64,000 bases of DNA from Eledone cirrhosa (taxonomy: Eukaryota): positions 439,208,001-439,272,000 of the forward strand of contig OZ024740.1 of the NCBI GenBank assembly GCA_964016885.1. Reading direction: 5' to 3'. The notes below the pieces were generated by a model that had not been told where the DNA came from, did no database searches, and worked only from the letters and a program-made list of their open reading frames with translations. Made by a program: the position numbers and the translations under genes. Positions 24,191 to 36,901 of the stretch are shown one piece after another. Position 1 is the first letter of the stretch, and each line of letters begins with the position of its first letter.

Positions 24191-26041
24191 ATATTCTATT
24201 GGAGGTATCTTACCGACCTCTACCAACAAGTTCTTAAGGGAGATACACTTATACCAGAATGGTTGAGATTAGCACAAACATTACTCGTCCCCAAGAAAAA
24301 AGACACCCACCTGGCAAAATACTACCGACCTATTGCATGCCAGAACCTGATGTACACAGCCTGCCTGGACCTATTCCTCCAAGATCACTGTGAAAATAAT
24401 ATCATTACAGTTGAACAAGAAGCTGGAAAGAAAGGGGTTTGGGGATGTGGTGAACAACTCGTAATCAACAAACCTGCGATCTCGCAGGTGCGACAACTTA
24501 GGAGGAATATGGCTACAGTCAGGCTGACTACAGGAAAGCTTTCGATTCTGTTCCCCACTCTTGGATGATAGAGGCCCTCCGACTTGCTAAAGTCCCAGAC
24601 ATTATTATCAGAGCCATAGAGAAGCTGTCTTCTTCTTGGGCTACTATCCTAAAGTTAAAGACAGAGAAGGCGGACTCTATTTTCACTGATAAAATATAAT
24701 ATCGCAGGGGTATATTTCAGGGAGACAGTCTCTCTGTGATATTATTCATCCTGTGATTAAAACCCTTGTCCTTTCTGCTCAAGAAATGGGAAGGATACAT
24801 CATTGGCTCACAGGAGGACAGAAATACGAACCTTTGTGGATGATCTGAAACTCTATGCCAAGAACATGGATGGGATGAAGAAAAATCTTGACCTGGTTAC
24901 GACGTTCTCAAAGGATATAGGAATGGAGTTTGGCCAAGATAAATGCTCATATATGACTGTAAAGCGGGGAAAAACAAAAAAAAACAATCTAGCAACATTT
25001 GTATCAATGGCCTAACTGTTTCACCAATATCTGATGCGGACTGCTACAGATACCTGGTGATAGATGAGAACAAAGCTGATAATGGTATCTGTAATAAGGA
25101 ACGCGTAACCAGGGAATACTACACCCGATTAAGAAAGATATGGTCATCGGAACTCTCTGCGCAAAACTAAACAGTGGCTCACAATGTGTTTGCTGTGCTT
25201 GTCCTAACACCAACGTTTGGAATACTCAATTGGACGATAGACGAAATCCGAGCGATTGATGTTAGAACTCGAAAAATACTAAACAACACCGGAAACTTCC
25301 ATATCAACAGTGACATAGACCGCCTTTACTTGAAACGTAAGCAGGAAGGCAGAGGCCTAACATCAGTCAAGACAACATTTGAATGTCGCATCATATCTCT
25401 CCGACAATATCTACGAACCTCGAAGCGTAGGAGTCCGTCTCTCGAGCAAGTCTATCTGCATGAAACAGATAAGATCATGAGAGTTGGGAAGGAACTCCTT
25501 GAGAGATATTCCCTGTGTGATAATCAAAAACTCACAACCAGAGAAGTTGCTCAGCAGTATCGCAGTGAATCCATGGATGAAAAACTGCATGATTATCAGC
25601 AAAAGATCATGCATGGATATGCTGCCAGGAAGCTCCAGAGTGAGAGTAATATAGATAAGGAAAGTAGTCTATATTGGACCATTAACCGCTATATTGGCTG
25701 CAACTTTGAAGGATACGCTTTTGAACAGGAAATCAACACAAAATACCTGATTCACAAAAGAGATAGGGATGCAGGCTAAACACCTAGATGTGATAACAAG
25801 TGCAGACTATGCAGAACTAACATCGAGGATATCACCCATGTCATCAGCAGCTATCCAAAGATGTCATCGCGGTACTATCTATCTATGAGGCATGATGTAG
25901 TGGCCAAAACACTGTATAATGCAATCCGCAAAAAAGATAGTCCAGATAATAAACACATTAAAAGCTATAGCAATGTAGAAGACATCCATGTACATAATAT
26001 GAAAGAGTACTGGTGGAATGTTCCAGTAAAACCCTAATAAA
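24191..26041 (+). mobile_element. R4/Dong-like LINE internal segment (RT to CCHC), degenerate
   Basis: YRPIACQN, GIFQGDSLS, FVDDLKLY, DIGMEFGQDKC, RKQEGRGL, CRLC; stops and frameshifts. Confidence 0.9.
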
Positions 26042-26106
26042 ATGTATGTAAGTATGTATGTATGTATATATATATATGTATATATGTATATATGTATGTA
26101 TGTTAT

Positions 26107-26714
26107 GTCAGGTCACCAGTTGGTGCTACTGGTAACATGTATCCCAGTACAACCTGTCTCATGGTCGGGTCGTTGGCGACTAAACTGGCAACCCCACCAA
26201 GGTTTCTTGGTGAGGAGGGTGACTTTGGACATCCTGCAGGACTAAAAACAAAACCTGTCAAAGGGCAAGGGAGCTCTTAAGACTCAATAGCCATCCAAAA
26301 TCACCGGGAGAGATGACCCCTTAGCCTTTGTCAAGGCAGAATTCTAGGAGAAGGAAAACTCTGATATAACACCTGCAACCCTGATGGTATCCAATGATGT
26401 TGACTTGTTCTTCTTTTTGGTAAATATCATCTTGGTTAATAGAGTGGGACTGGCTTTGTGCAGTGCCTTTGCTCACTATAAAAGCTTCACAGCACAGGCA
26501 TTGCTTTATATCTGGAGATCTCTCTGCACTTGTCATCACATGGTACCATGGGCCCTGCACTATGTGTCAATAATGGTCACAAGTGTAGTCTTTGTACCAA
26601 AGTTTTCAAGTTGCTGGCTGGACTAAAAAGTCACATTCGTTCAGCGCATCGGTAGGGGTTCTCCTACATGGATATAAAGTAGTGGCCGTACTCGAAAACG
26701 AGTTGGCAGCCACC
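26107..26714 (+). mobile_element. RTE-derived non-autonomous retroelement, full-length copy
   Basis: Reverse complement of 2487-3092; (ATGT)n on both sides. Confidence 0.8.
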
Positions 26715-26734
26715 ATGTATGTATGTATATATCT

Positions 26735-26935
26735 GCAGATCTCTCTGCACTTGTCGTCACATGGTACCATGGGCCCAGCACTGTGTGTCAATAATTGTCA
26801 CAAGTGTAGTGTTTGTACCACAGTTTTCAAGTCGCTGGCTGGACTAAAAAGTCACACTCGTTCAGCGCATCAGTAGGGGTTCTCCTACATGGATATAACG
26901 TAGTGGCTGTACTCAAAAACGAGTTGGCAGCCACC
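26735..26935 (+). mobile_element. 5'-truncated tandem copy of the same element (C2H2 tail and stem-loop)
   Basis: CHKCSVCTTVFKSLAGLKSHTRSAHQ*, ends gccacc-atgtat. Confidence 0.8.
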
Positions 26936-28144
26936 ATGTATATATGTATGTGTGTGTGCATGTGTGTATGTATTTATGTATGTATGTTTGTATGTATATA
27001 CATACGTAATATTTACCATATACGTGATACATATGTATGTGTATAATATATATATATATAATAATAATAATAAAATGTGGAGAGGAAGCACACGAGTTAG
27101 GATATATATATATATATATATATATGAAAACAGGGTGAAAGAGACGATTATTAGGAAGAAAAATATTTTTTTTTTCCTATTTTGTTTCTCTCTCTTTTTT
27201 CTGGGTTAGAAAATGATTAAAACGAAATGTTTTACTTTGTGTGAAGTATTAAGGTATTAGTTGATTTATTTATTATTTAACAATGGCATTTATTTATCTA
27301 TTTATATATTTAATTATTGTCTTCTACCGATTTCAGCATTTTTATGCATTATCAAATGATAGTGAAATGTATTAGTGTGGTGTCGCACATGTTAAAGAGA
27401 AGGTGCAGAAAGAATAATGTTATTTACAAACAAGGTTTATGAAGTGAAAAGAAAAAAGAAAAAGGAAAAAAAACGTGCATAATGTAGAGCATAAAAAGTC
27501 AATGTGGAAGAAAAAATAATGTTATTTACAAGCACAGTCATTGAAGTTAAGCAGATCAAAATGTGTTAATATAGCAAGAGTGCTTAGTTGATCCATGATT
27601 GAGATGAATGAGGCAAATTGGATATGGGGAAACACTCTGATGCAGATCAAATATGTCTTATATAAAATCGTATTTAGCTGTTATTTCTAGTTGGTTGAAG
27701 GAATTACTCAGAGAATCTCTCCTTGCGGAAAATATATTAGTTATGAAAATTTCGAGCTAAATGTGTTGTAAAAAGTGATATGAAGAAAAGATGGTGAAAT
27801 AACCTTTATAATAGACTTTTACATGTGAAACATGGAGAATAACTTTTAGTGAATGTTCTTTTAGGAAATATTAAGTCTTAAAATCCTATAATCCTATAAA
27901 CGGGTTGGTTAAGTCAAATCATTATAATATCATTAACAGAAAAACTCTGCGAGTCATATGGGTGCTGGTTATATATCACCCATACCCCTTCCGCTGTCAC
28001 ACACGCACCTTCACCCCAAGGATATTATGGCTCTGTATGAACAACTAACACACACACACACACACACATACTTTCTTAAACTTACACATTCATATATCCT
28101 CACAGCTTCATACTTACAACAAAACACTCATACAAACAAACAAA

Positions 28145-28233
<89 letters not shown>

Positions 28234-28555
28234 CCACTTTATATACAAAACGAATTTTTCCCTTTCAGCTAAACGCTTCGATCGCTGCTCTTTAAAAGAA
28301 GACCAACATAACTTCTTATACACCAAAGCCAGATTCAACAGTTTTCCAAGAAATAGCGACGTGAACAGACCTGCCACTGCTAACTTTCCTCTATCTTTCT
28401 CTTTCTTCTTTAATTTCTTCTTTTCTGATATTATCTAAGCGACCGGTTAAGAATCTTTCCCCACTGTATCAAGCATATAACTAATATATTTCTTCATTGT
28501 ACTGCGCCGTTTGCTTTATTTCTATTTGCCTATCTATTCATATATATATATATAC

Positions 28556-28610
<55 letters not shown>

Positions 28611-28764
28611 GTGTGAATATGTAGATAGATATATAGATAGATATATAGATAGATATATAGATATACAGATAAATAGATATATGTTACATTCTATATTAAG
28701 AATTGATCAATACGCTTTTGCAACATTTTGATATATTGGAAGGTATATTAATAAATATTTGCAA

Positions 28765-29120
28765 GTATGTGTGTATATATGTATGTATATGTATATATGC
28801 GACTGCATGTACATATATGTGTGTATATATGTATGTATATGTGTATATATGCGAGTGCATGTACATATATGTGTGTATATATGTATATATATGTGTATAT
28901 ATGCGAGTGCATGTACATATATGTGTATATATGTATATGTATGTATATGTGTTTCTATGTAAGTGCATGTACATATATGTGTGTATATATGTATATGCAT
29001 GTATATGTGTACATATGCGAGGGCATGTACATATATGTATGTGTGTATATATATATATGTATGTATATGTGTATATATGCGAGTGCATGTACATATATGT
29101 ATGTGTGTAAGCGAGCATGT
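28765..29120. repeat. ~50-60-bp degenerate minisatellite, ~7 copies
   Basis: Recurring core atatgcgagtgcatgtacatatatgtgtgtatatat. Confidence 0.8.
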
Positions 29121-29911
29121 GTTTATATATTTCTTTGAGTACGTATGAAGCTCTGCATGTATATGTTGGATTAAAATCAAGTTTATCTTGTATTTTAATT
29201 ATTTCTGAAACCTGAAGAATAAGGAATCCGAGTGACGAAGTGATACGATGGTTAGCTTGAAAACAACGAACCTCCAACTGAGACAAATAATAATAATAGC
29301 AAAGTTCGGCGATGGTAGTAAAGGTCGAAATGATGATTTAGATTTAGCTTGGAAAGAAACAGCTCGATTTTAATTATCACGCGGTAACAAGGTAGAGTAA
29401 GACACAGTGAGGGGTCAACGAAATGCAGCAAAGTGCATGGTCTGACAGCTATCGTGTGGAGATATTTTGATAAGCGGAACCAGTAAGAAGGAGTTTCTCA
29501 CTGTGTTGGCCATATGATATTTCACCAGACATCTAATTTAGTTGAAGATCCGTATCTAGATGTTCATTTATAAAGTGTTAAACTAAAAGCAGATAGTACA
29601 GTTAGAATGCACGTATTTCTGGACACAGCCATATATTCGTTATATAATCGAATATTTGATCAGTTCGTGATCATTGTACAAAACCTGTTCATAATTATAT
29701 ATCCATGTTTTAAGTAAAGTAACGCAGAGATTAGCTACCGGTTTCGATTCTTTCATTTAAGATACTATTGTCATAAATTAGATTTGACAGCCTCTGGGTC
29801 TCACATCTCACGTCGTTTGCAGCCTTCTGCATATATGTAGATAAATATTACTAAAATATTAAATAGAATTGTTAGAGCAACAAATAAAATACCATTGTGT
29901 AATTTGTAGAG

Positions 29912-30055
29912 GATCTGAGTTCAAACCCCGCCGGAATCAACTTGTCTCTCCTCGTATCGGGGTCGATAAAATACAGTACCAGTCAAGTACTGGGATTTAA
30001 ACAACTTTACTCTTGCCCCAAATTTAGTGATCTTCTGCCTAAAGTAGAAATCAAT
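29912..30055 (+). mobile_element. Nin-type tRNA SINE
   Basis: ctgagttcaaaccccgccggaatcaac...ggggtcgataaaatacagtaccagtcaagtactggg. Confidence 0.7.
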
Positions 30056-32904
30056 TTTATCATTCACTAATTATGGTCAACAAAATAAAGCCCCAAAGAA
30101 CTCCTGTTTGTATCTATCTGGAGAAAGGTTTCCCTCCAAACCTTGTGTACCTTGTCAAATAAGATATGTATTGTAGGGATTAATACGCTCCATGTCGGCA
30201 TTCTCACCGAACCTCCAATCAGTTTTCAACATAGTTTCTGTCTTAATTCAAGCCATCTTAATTCTTTGCTGTTTTATTTGAGTTGACGCTATCTTAGTTC
30301 CCATACTGTTACAATCCATAGGTACTAACCTCGATTTCACATTATAACTTTCCATCAAAATTGAACCGCTGTGTTTAATGCAAGAAATCAGTATCGTTAA
30401 AACCACGGCCTTTGAGAATAGTTAGTAGTATTGATACAAAGACTTAAAGATTTTTAGTTGTTTGTTTTGTGAGTGAGGGATTATATGGATTAAATCTATT
30501 CCAGTATACTATTGATACTTAGTTTATAGATCCTTGAGGAGGAAATGCAAAGTCGTTTCAATTGGGAATTGGAAAATCATGCACTACGTTAGATAATGGA
30601 GAATACCGCCGAGGAAGAGATAAGCTTCCAGCAGAATTAATCCACTAGGTGGTTTCAATTCCCATTGGAAACCAATCGAAATTTCTTACACAATTGCTAT
30701 AAAATATAGAGCCTGTCTGCCGGTAACAATCAATATTGCCATAATCCTTATGTAGATCAGTTATTTTACTTGACTTTGAATCCTTTTTTAGAGACAGTGT
30801 ATTTATATCTTCGAGCAGGATCGTTTATTTCTAACTTGTAAAGAATGTTCTTGTGATTGGCAGGCAAAGTGACGCGTTGATTTCTAAATATAGATTGATG
30901 GCGTCTAAATGAAATAATATTGTTTCCGGTAAAATCATAAAAGACTGAAACAAAACGAGACTTAACCCTGATTCTTTACATTATTTATTTCACTATATGA
31001 TTTCCGAATTCTCATCGGAGAGAGCTTCATAGCTTCGTATTCGGGCGTATAAGAGAAAGATTTAGATTTTGAAGTAAGGTAATTCACCAAGTTTTCTTCC
31101 AACTGTTTGCTACGAGAAGATTTAAACAGAGACTTTCTCTACATCATTTAACTCCTACTTTTAGCTATGTCAGTACAGACACTTTTGATTTTATCACATT
31201 AATGTATTATTTTAACTGTAACAGTTACATTGTCAAGTGTATGTAGTATTGAACTCTATGTTCACAGGGCATGAGTTGAAACCCACTTCTAGTCTTTCAT
31301 TGCCGCTTCTCTCTTCTGCAAACTATCGGAAACAAATACCAGAATTTCTTCGAAACTGGTATCCTTTAATTTTTATGGTAAAGATGGTATCCTTTTTTAT
31401 GATGAGCAACAAACAAAAGGGGTATGGATTTTCCTCATAAGCCGAGTCCATGTTGCAATTTTAGGAATTTTATGACGTTTGTTGGTAATAGTCTTCTGAA
31501 ATGCATCAACATCTCATTCTACACCAAATTAGTGAACATTTAAAAGGAAGTTCTACAACATAAGTTTTGATCAAACACGCTACGATTTTTATGTCTTTTT
31601 TTAATAATTTCAATCAGCAAAAGATATAACGCTCTAAAGTAATTTCTATTAACAATGAAAATTTTAAATAAGAGAAAACTTCATTATTTCTAAACACTTT
31701 GAAAACAAATAAGTAAAAAAATATATTTCTGAAATTAAGTATTTACTCTCTTATTTTATTCTTTTTGTTTCTTTTTAGAATTTCTTTTCCATTTTTATTT
31801 AATTTCGTCGTGGCTCATTATTCTTATTTATTTAGTATTGAGTGTTGCTCCTGGGAAAACATCCCTATGTAAAAACGAAAAATAAAAAAAACAAGAGTAA
31901 AACAAAAAACAGCGAGGCTTCTGCAGAAAATGATGTTTCAAGATGCGTTCATTACATTACGGCAGACGAAAATTTGGTTGTGCTGGAGAGCTCTTGCATC
32001 AACAAGGGAAATATTACACGACTAATTGCAGCCTAACAGAAGTTGTATATGCGTATAATAACAAATTACCTCGTTTGCATCAAAAATAGTGTATGGAAGT
32101 GTCTATAGACAGGAAGATGGTAGAAGAAAGATAGATGTGTGTGTAGAGGAGGGCTGGGGTGAAGTATGCTTAGTATTGGGGATCAATTTACAATCGACGT
32201 AATTTTATATGAACGAATAAATATCTCTTATGATAGAAGTAGACAAATTACATTGAAATAGCTTAAAATGCAGCAGTATGACAGCTGCTGAGTGGTAGCA
32301 AGCTGACACTGGGTTGATTCTGTGACAGAAGTTCGATTCCATATCGCGATATTCCACTTCGATTACTCTCCATACCTGAGACTACAATTTATAGTCAAGT
32401 TTCGATAAACAACAACAAAATGAAGTTTTCGACGGCAACCAAATACAGTGAAGTTTATAGAGATGCGAACAAGAGGAAGGTGATCCTTCGAGACATATGT
32501 CAGCATCAAATTATACTATCTCCTGAAAAAGATACACTTAAAAACAACATAGCTCGCAATTATATTCAGTAAAATGTGATTAGTTTAACACACAATTGAA
32601 AGTTGTAGGAAGACTTATACCAGTCAGTGAAGTTTATTCTGAAAAGTTTATTTTCTAGATAAACCACGCCATCATTAACCGGATGTAATCAGATCTAACA
32701 GTAAATGTTTGCTTTATGATAACAATTATAACTATTACAATAGTTCTTTGCTCACTAACTTGTGAGAAATCATTTTTGATAGAAAGAGAAAAAATATTTA
32801 ACTAAAGTGACAACAATACTGCGAATTCCAGACTAACCGAATGTTTTAACACCTTTAGTTAAAAACTAGCTTCTTATTTACATGATATTAATTATTAAAT
32901 GGGT

Positions 32905-33062
32905 GGTGGATTGGCAGTATCATAAAGTTAACTCCCTTTATGATCTGAGTTCAAATCCCGCCGAGGTTAACTTTGCCATTCATACTTACGGGGTTAATAA
33001 TATATAAAGTACCAGTAATGTACTGGATAATTGCTGTCCTTGTGCCAAAAGTAGAAACAATT
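32905..33062 (+). mobile_element. Nin-type tRNA SINE
   Basis: ctgagttcaaatcccgccgaggttaactttgccattcat...agtaccagtaatgtactgg...gtgccaaaagtagaaacaatt. Confidence 0.75.
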
Positions 33063-33504
33063 AATTATTAAATTGAAATCGAATCCTTCCTAACACCATT
33101 CATATTATGGTAGGTGGGAACCGATATAACAAGTTCTTCAACTGGTACAGATGTTGCCTTTGGCAGGAAAGTTAGGTATTAATCACAGTTAACCTGTCTA
33201 GAAAACAGGCGAAGGCCATATACAGTTGAATTCTATTTATCAGTGATAACATTAATCATCCCTATAAATCATATTTACGTAGCCTCAGGTAGGAAAACAG
33301 CATTCTTTTATGATTCAGTATAGTTCCTGTTACTAAAATTCATCCTATACCACCGAACAAAACCGAATACACGTAACTTTTAGTCAGTTTACGAAATCGT
33401 TAAATTATTGTTAAGGTTTAACTTTAAATAACATATTGAATGAATTTTCTGATTCCACTTTTTGTAAAATATGTTCCACAAATAACCCGACCTTTCCGTA
33501 ACTA

Positions 33505-33552
<48 letters not shown>

Positions 33553-33557
<5 letters not shown>

Positions 33558-33750
33558 ACAGACCATCCATCTCAACTCTACTTTTGAAAAGCAGAAGAAC
33601 TGCGAAACCGGTAAAGGAACCAAATAAATATATATATATATTTTTAAAAATAAGACCCCAGTTGCATTTTCGATTTCATCTTTTTTTCTTTATACTTTCA
33701 CTCGTGTAGGACACCTCGGTTATTTTTCATTTAAAAAAAAACAACCTTAC

Positions 33751-33757
<7 letters not shown>
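33553..33757 (+). mobile_element. Truncated copy of the 6331-7515 pLTR family (U3-A8 hammerhead at 33581-33617)
   Basis: Matches 7315-7515; (TA)n flanks. Confidence 0.8.
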
Positions 33758-33834
<77 letters not shown>

Positions 33835-33858
33835 GAGACTGGAGTAGTTCCTTTATTT

Positions 33859-33896
33859 TCCTCGGAAGAAGAGCTATTAATCTCGAAATATCAGGA
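33859..33896 (+). ncRNA. Degenerate minimal hammerhead (U4>G) in a (TA)n-flanked fragment
   Basis: tcct-CGGAAGA-a-gag(ctattaat)ctc-GAAA-ta-TC-agga. Confidence 0.45.
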
Positions 33897-33999
33897 CATG
33901 AATAAATTAAGGTAAAGAAACAAAGACTGTTTCTTACGATTTAATTATTCTCCGTCTAAACATGCATTGTCGTGGCTGTGGCTTTCAAACTTCGAATTC

Positions 34000-34080
<81 letters not shown>

Positions 34081-34084
<4 letters not shown>

Positions 34085-34271
34085 TGTGAGAAAAACCACA
34101 GACCCTCCATCTCAACTCTACTTTTGAAAAGCAGAGAACTACGAAACCGGTAAAGAACCAAATAAATATGTATATTTTTAAAAAAATAAGACTCCAGTTG
34201 GATTTTCGATTTCATATTTTTTCTTTATACTTTCACTCGTGTAGGACAGCTCGGTTATTTTTCCTTTTCTA
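34081..34271 (+). mobile_element. Truncated copy of the 6331-7515 pLTR family
   Basis: Matches 7302-7490; TTGAAAA core retained at 34124-34130. Confidence 0.8.
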
Positions 34272-34274
34272 ATA

Positions 34275-34310
<36 letters not shown>

Positions 34311-34670
34311 GTAATAATAATAAATTTGAAGACTAAAATCCAAAGAGGGTTCGATAAGGATAATTATATATCAGATATATAAGAACCGTAGAGCAAATAT
34401 TTATTTGCTCTAATATAATATATATATATTTGCTACGAACGAATTGCATGTGTCCGAAGGAAGCTGCAGCCGTAGAATCAGCCAGATCCATACAGTGATC
34501 ATGTCTCAAGTTATCTGCAGGCGAAACAATTGTAACACGCAATAAACTGAGTCCAGATGCATCACTGATTTTTCGTTTTTTATACAAATTCACACTCTGC
34601 TCTGTATGAATATTGAGTGGTAATTTTGGCATACCGCCTATGGAAGCACCATAGCTACCATTATACACAC

Positions 34671-34727
<57 letters not shown>

Positions 34728-34822
34728 TTTATTAAAATAACAGATTAAAGTTTAAGCAAAGAATCGCTGCTTTCACCCTTAACGAGCCCTCTTTGGATTT
34801 TAGTCTTCAAATTTATTATTAT

Positions 34823-34869
<47 letters not shown>

Positions 34870-36051
34870 CTTAATTACGTACACATATACATGCATATAC
34901 ACATACATGCATACACACATATATACATGCATACATATACATACACACATATATATATATATATATATATTTTTGTTTTTTGTTGATCGACTTTCGTCTA
35001 GTCGGACCGAGGAAACAATGTTTCCGTTGGTCTTTCCAATCGCTAATACTAGCTATCGGTCGCACCTCCATATATACCTGTTTGACGACTATGATGGTCA
35101 GTTTGATATTCAGACTAAGGCAATTACGGCTTATATGAAGGTAAAGGTAAAGACCCCTTTGGTCAGAAATGTCCATGGTATTTACACCAAGAGGTACAAG
35201 TCCGAGCAAGGTGTGGAAGACCAGCAGTCACCCATGAATACCATGCACCTCTCTCCACGTCACCGATGTTGTCTAAGGCGAAGGTTCTCAACGGGGGAAG
35301 GGGGGCGTTTCGGAGCTCTGGAGGGGGGCGTTTTGGAGCAATAGGGCGTTATGGGAGCATTTGAAACTTTGGGGGCGCTGGATGCCCTTTAGTTTGGTAA
35401 GTTTTATAAGTCATCTTAGACAGCCAGTGTGAATGCATTTGAATGAAGAAAACGAATAAAATAAATAAAAGAAGCTTGTCAACGAATTCCCTGGGGAGAT
35501 AAAAGAAAAACAAAAGAAATCAAAGAAAATGAATATAAGGACTTCAACTTTGACAACAGTTACAAGAACAACTTCAACAGAAATGACAACAAAAAGAAGC
35601 AATGGTGATGAAAGGTGTAGGTGTATACATATACATACAAACATACACACACATGCATACGTACATACATACACACACATACACACACACGCATATACAC
35701 ACACAGGGCTGCGTTAGTGTTTGATGAGGTTGAGAACCTGGTCAGCTTTCAGCCAGAGCTGTGGTATTTAATCTCCCTAGGTAATAAAATCTGGAGACAG
35801 AATTTTCTCCGTACCAGAAAAAACAACATAAATAATCATGTCAAAATCCTTACACACTTAAATATAAATGCATGTATATATATACAAATGTATAAATGCA
35901 TAGCTATATACATACGTATGTAAATGTATATATATATGTAGATTTATATATATATATATATATATATAAATCTACATACATATATATATACATACATACA
36001 TTTACGTATGTATATAGCTATGCATTTATATTTAAGTGTGTAAGGATATAT

Positions 36052-36196
36052 ATGTGAGAAAAACCACAGACCCTCCATCTCAACTCTACTTTTGAAAAGC
36101 AGAAGAACTGCGAAACCGGTAAAGGAACCAAATAAATATATATATTTTATTAAAAATAAGACACCAGTTGCATTTTCGATTTCATCTTTTTTTCTA
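36052..36196 (+). mobile_element. Truncated copy of the 6331-7515 pLTR family
   Basis: Matches 7306-7448; hammerhead variant at 36089-36125. Confidence 0.8.
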
Positions 36197-36453
36197 TATA
36201 TATATTAACGGCTGAGCAGCGTAATTTGCATATCGAGTGAGTTCAGTCGGCCGGGCACACCGAAAACGATAAATGGAATAGAATGAAACGAAATTTCATT
36301 TCTCACTCTTAGTACGGCACTTACTGAAATTTAAGCATGTATGTGTGCCCGGTCGACTGAACTCACTTGATGTGCAAATTAGGCTGCTCAGCCGTTAATA
36401 TGCATAAGGAAAGTATTTACTTTCAGACGTTCAACCATCTGGCAGGATGGTAT

Positions 36454-36496
36454 ACGATGCTGACGATAGCTAATAAGCTTGAAACTAGTACATCGT
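36454..36496 (+). ncRNA. Minimal type-I hammerhead ribozyme
   Basis: acgatg-CTGACGA-tagc(taataa)gctt-GAAA-ctag-TA-catcgt. Confidence 0.75.
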
Positions 36497-36901
36497 TCCT
36501 GTGTCAGTGTTGAACAAAATGGTGACTTGGTTGCCTAAACACTGTACGGCGTAATTCGGGCTGTTTGTTTGTTTACAAACAAACAAACCGAGCATTATAA
36601 TAAATGTTCGGTAAACCGATACGTGTATATATATATGTGTGCATGTATGTATATATATATACATAATACTGTACGTCTGTATGCATATATGTATGTATGT
36701 ATACATACATACATGCTTAAATTTCAGTAAGTGCCGTACTAAGAGTGAGAAATGAAATTTCGTTTCATTCTATTCCATTTATCGTTTTCGATGTGCCCGG
36801 CCGACTGAACTCACTCGATATGCAAATTAGGCTGCACAGTCGTTAATATGCATAAGGAAAGTATTTACTTTCAGACGTTCAACCATGTGGCAGGAAGGTA
36901 T

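Noticed and set aside
26107-26195. HDV-like ribozyme at the 5' end of the RTE-derived element
   Set aside because: A P4-like hairpin, CTAA and a ccagt/actgg pairing are visible, but I could not assign P1, P1.1, P3 and L3 in the required order. A descriptor search would settle it.
1385-26560. Recurring 79-aa ORF (MLGPWYHV...) as a multicopy gene
   Set aside because: It is antisense to the non-autonomous retroelement and recurs only because the element does.
32280-32345. tRNA gene (gttcgattcc B-box-like motif)
   Set aside because: No cloverleaf or acceptor stem; more likely a SINE remnant.
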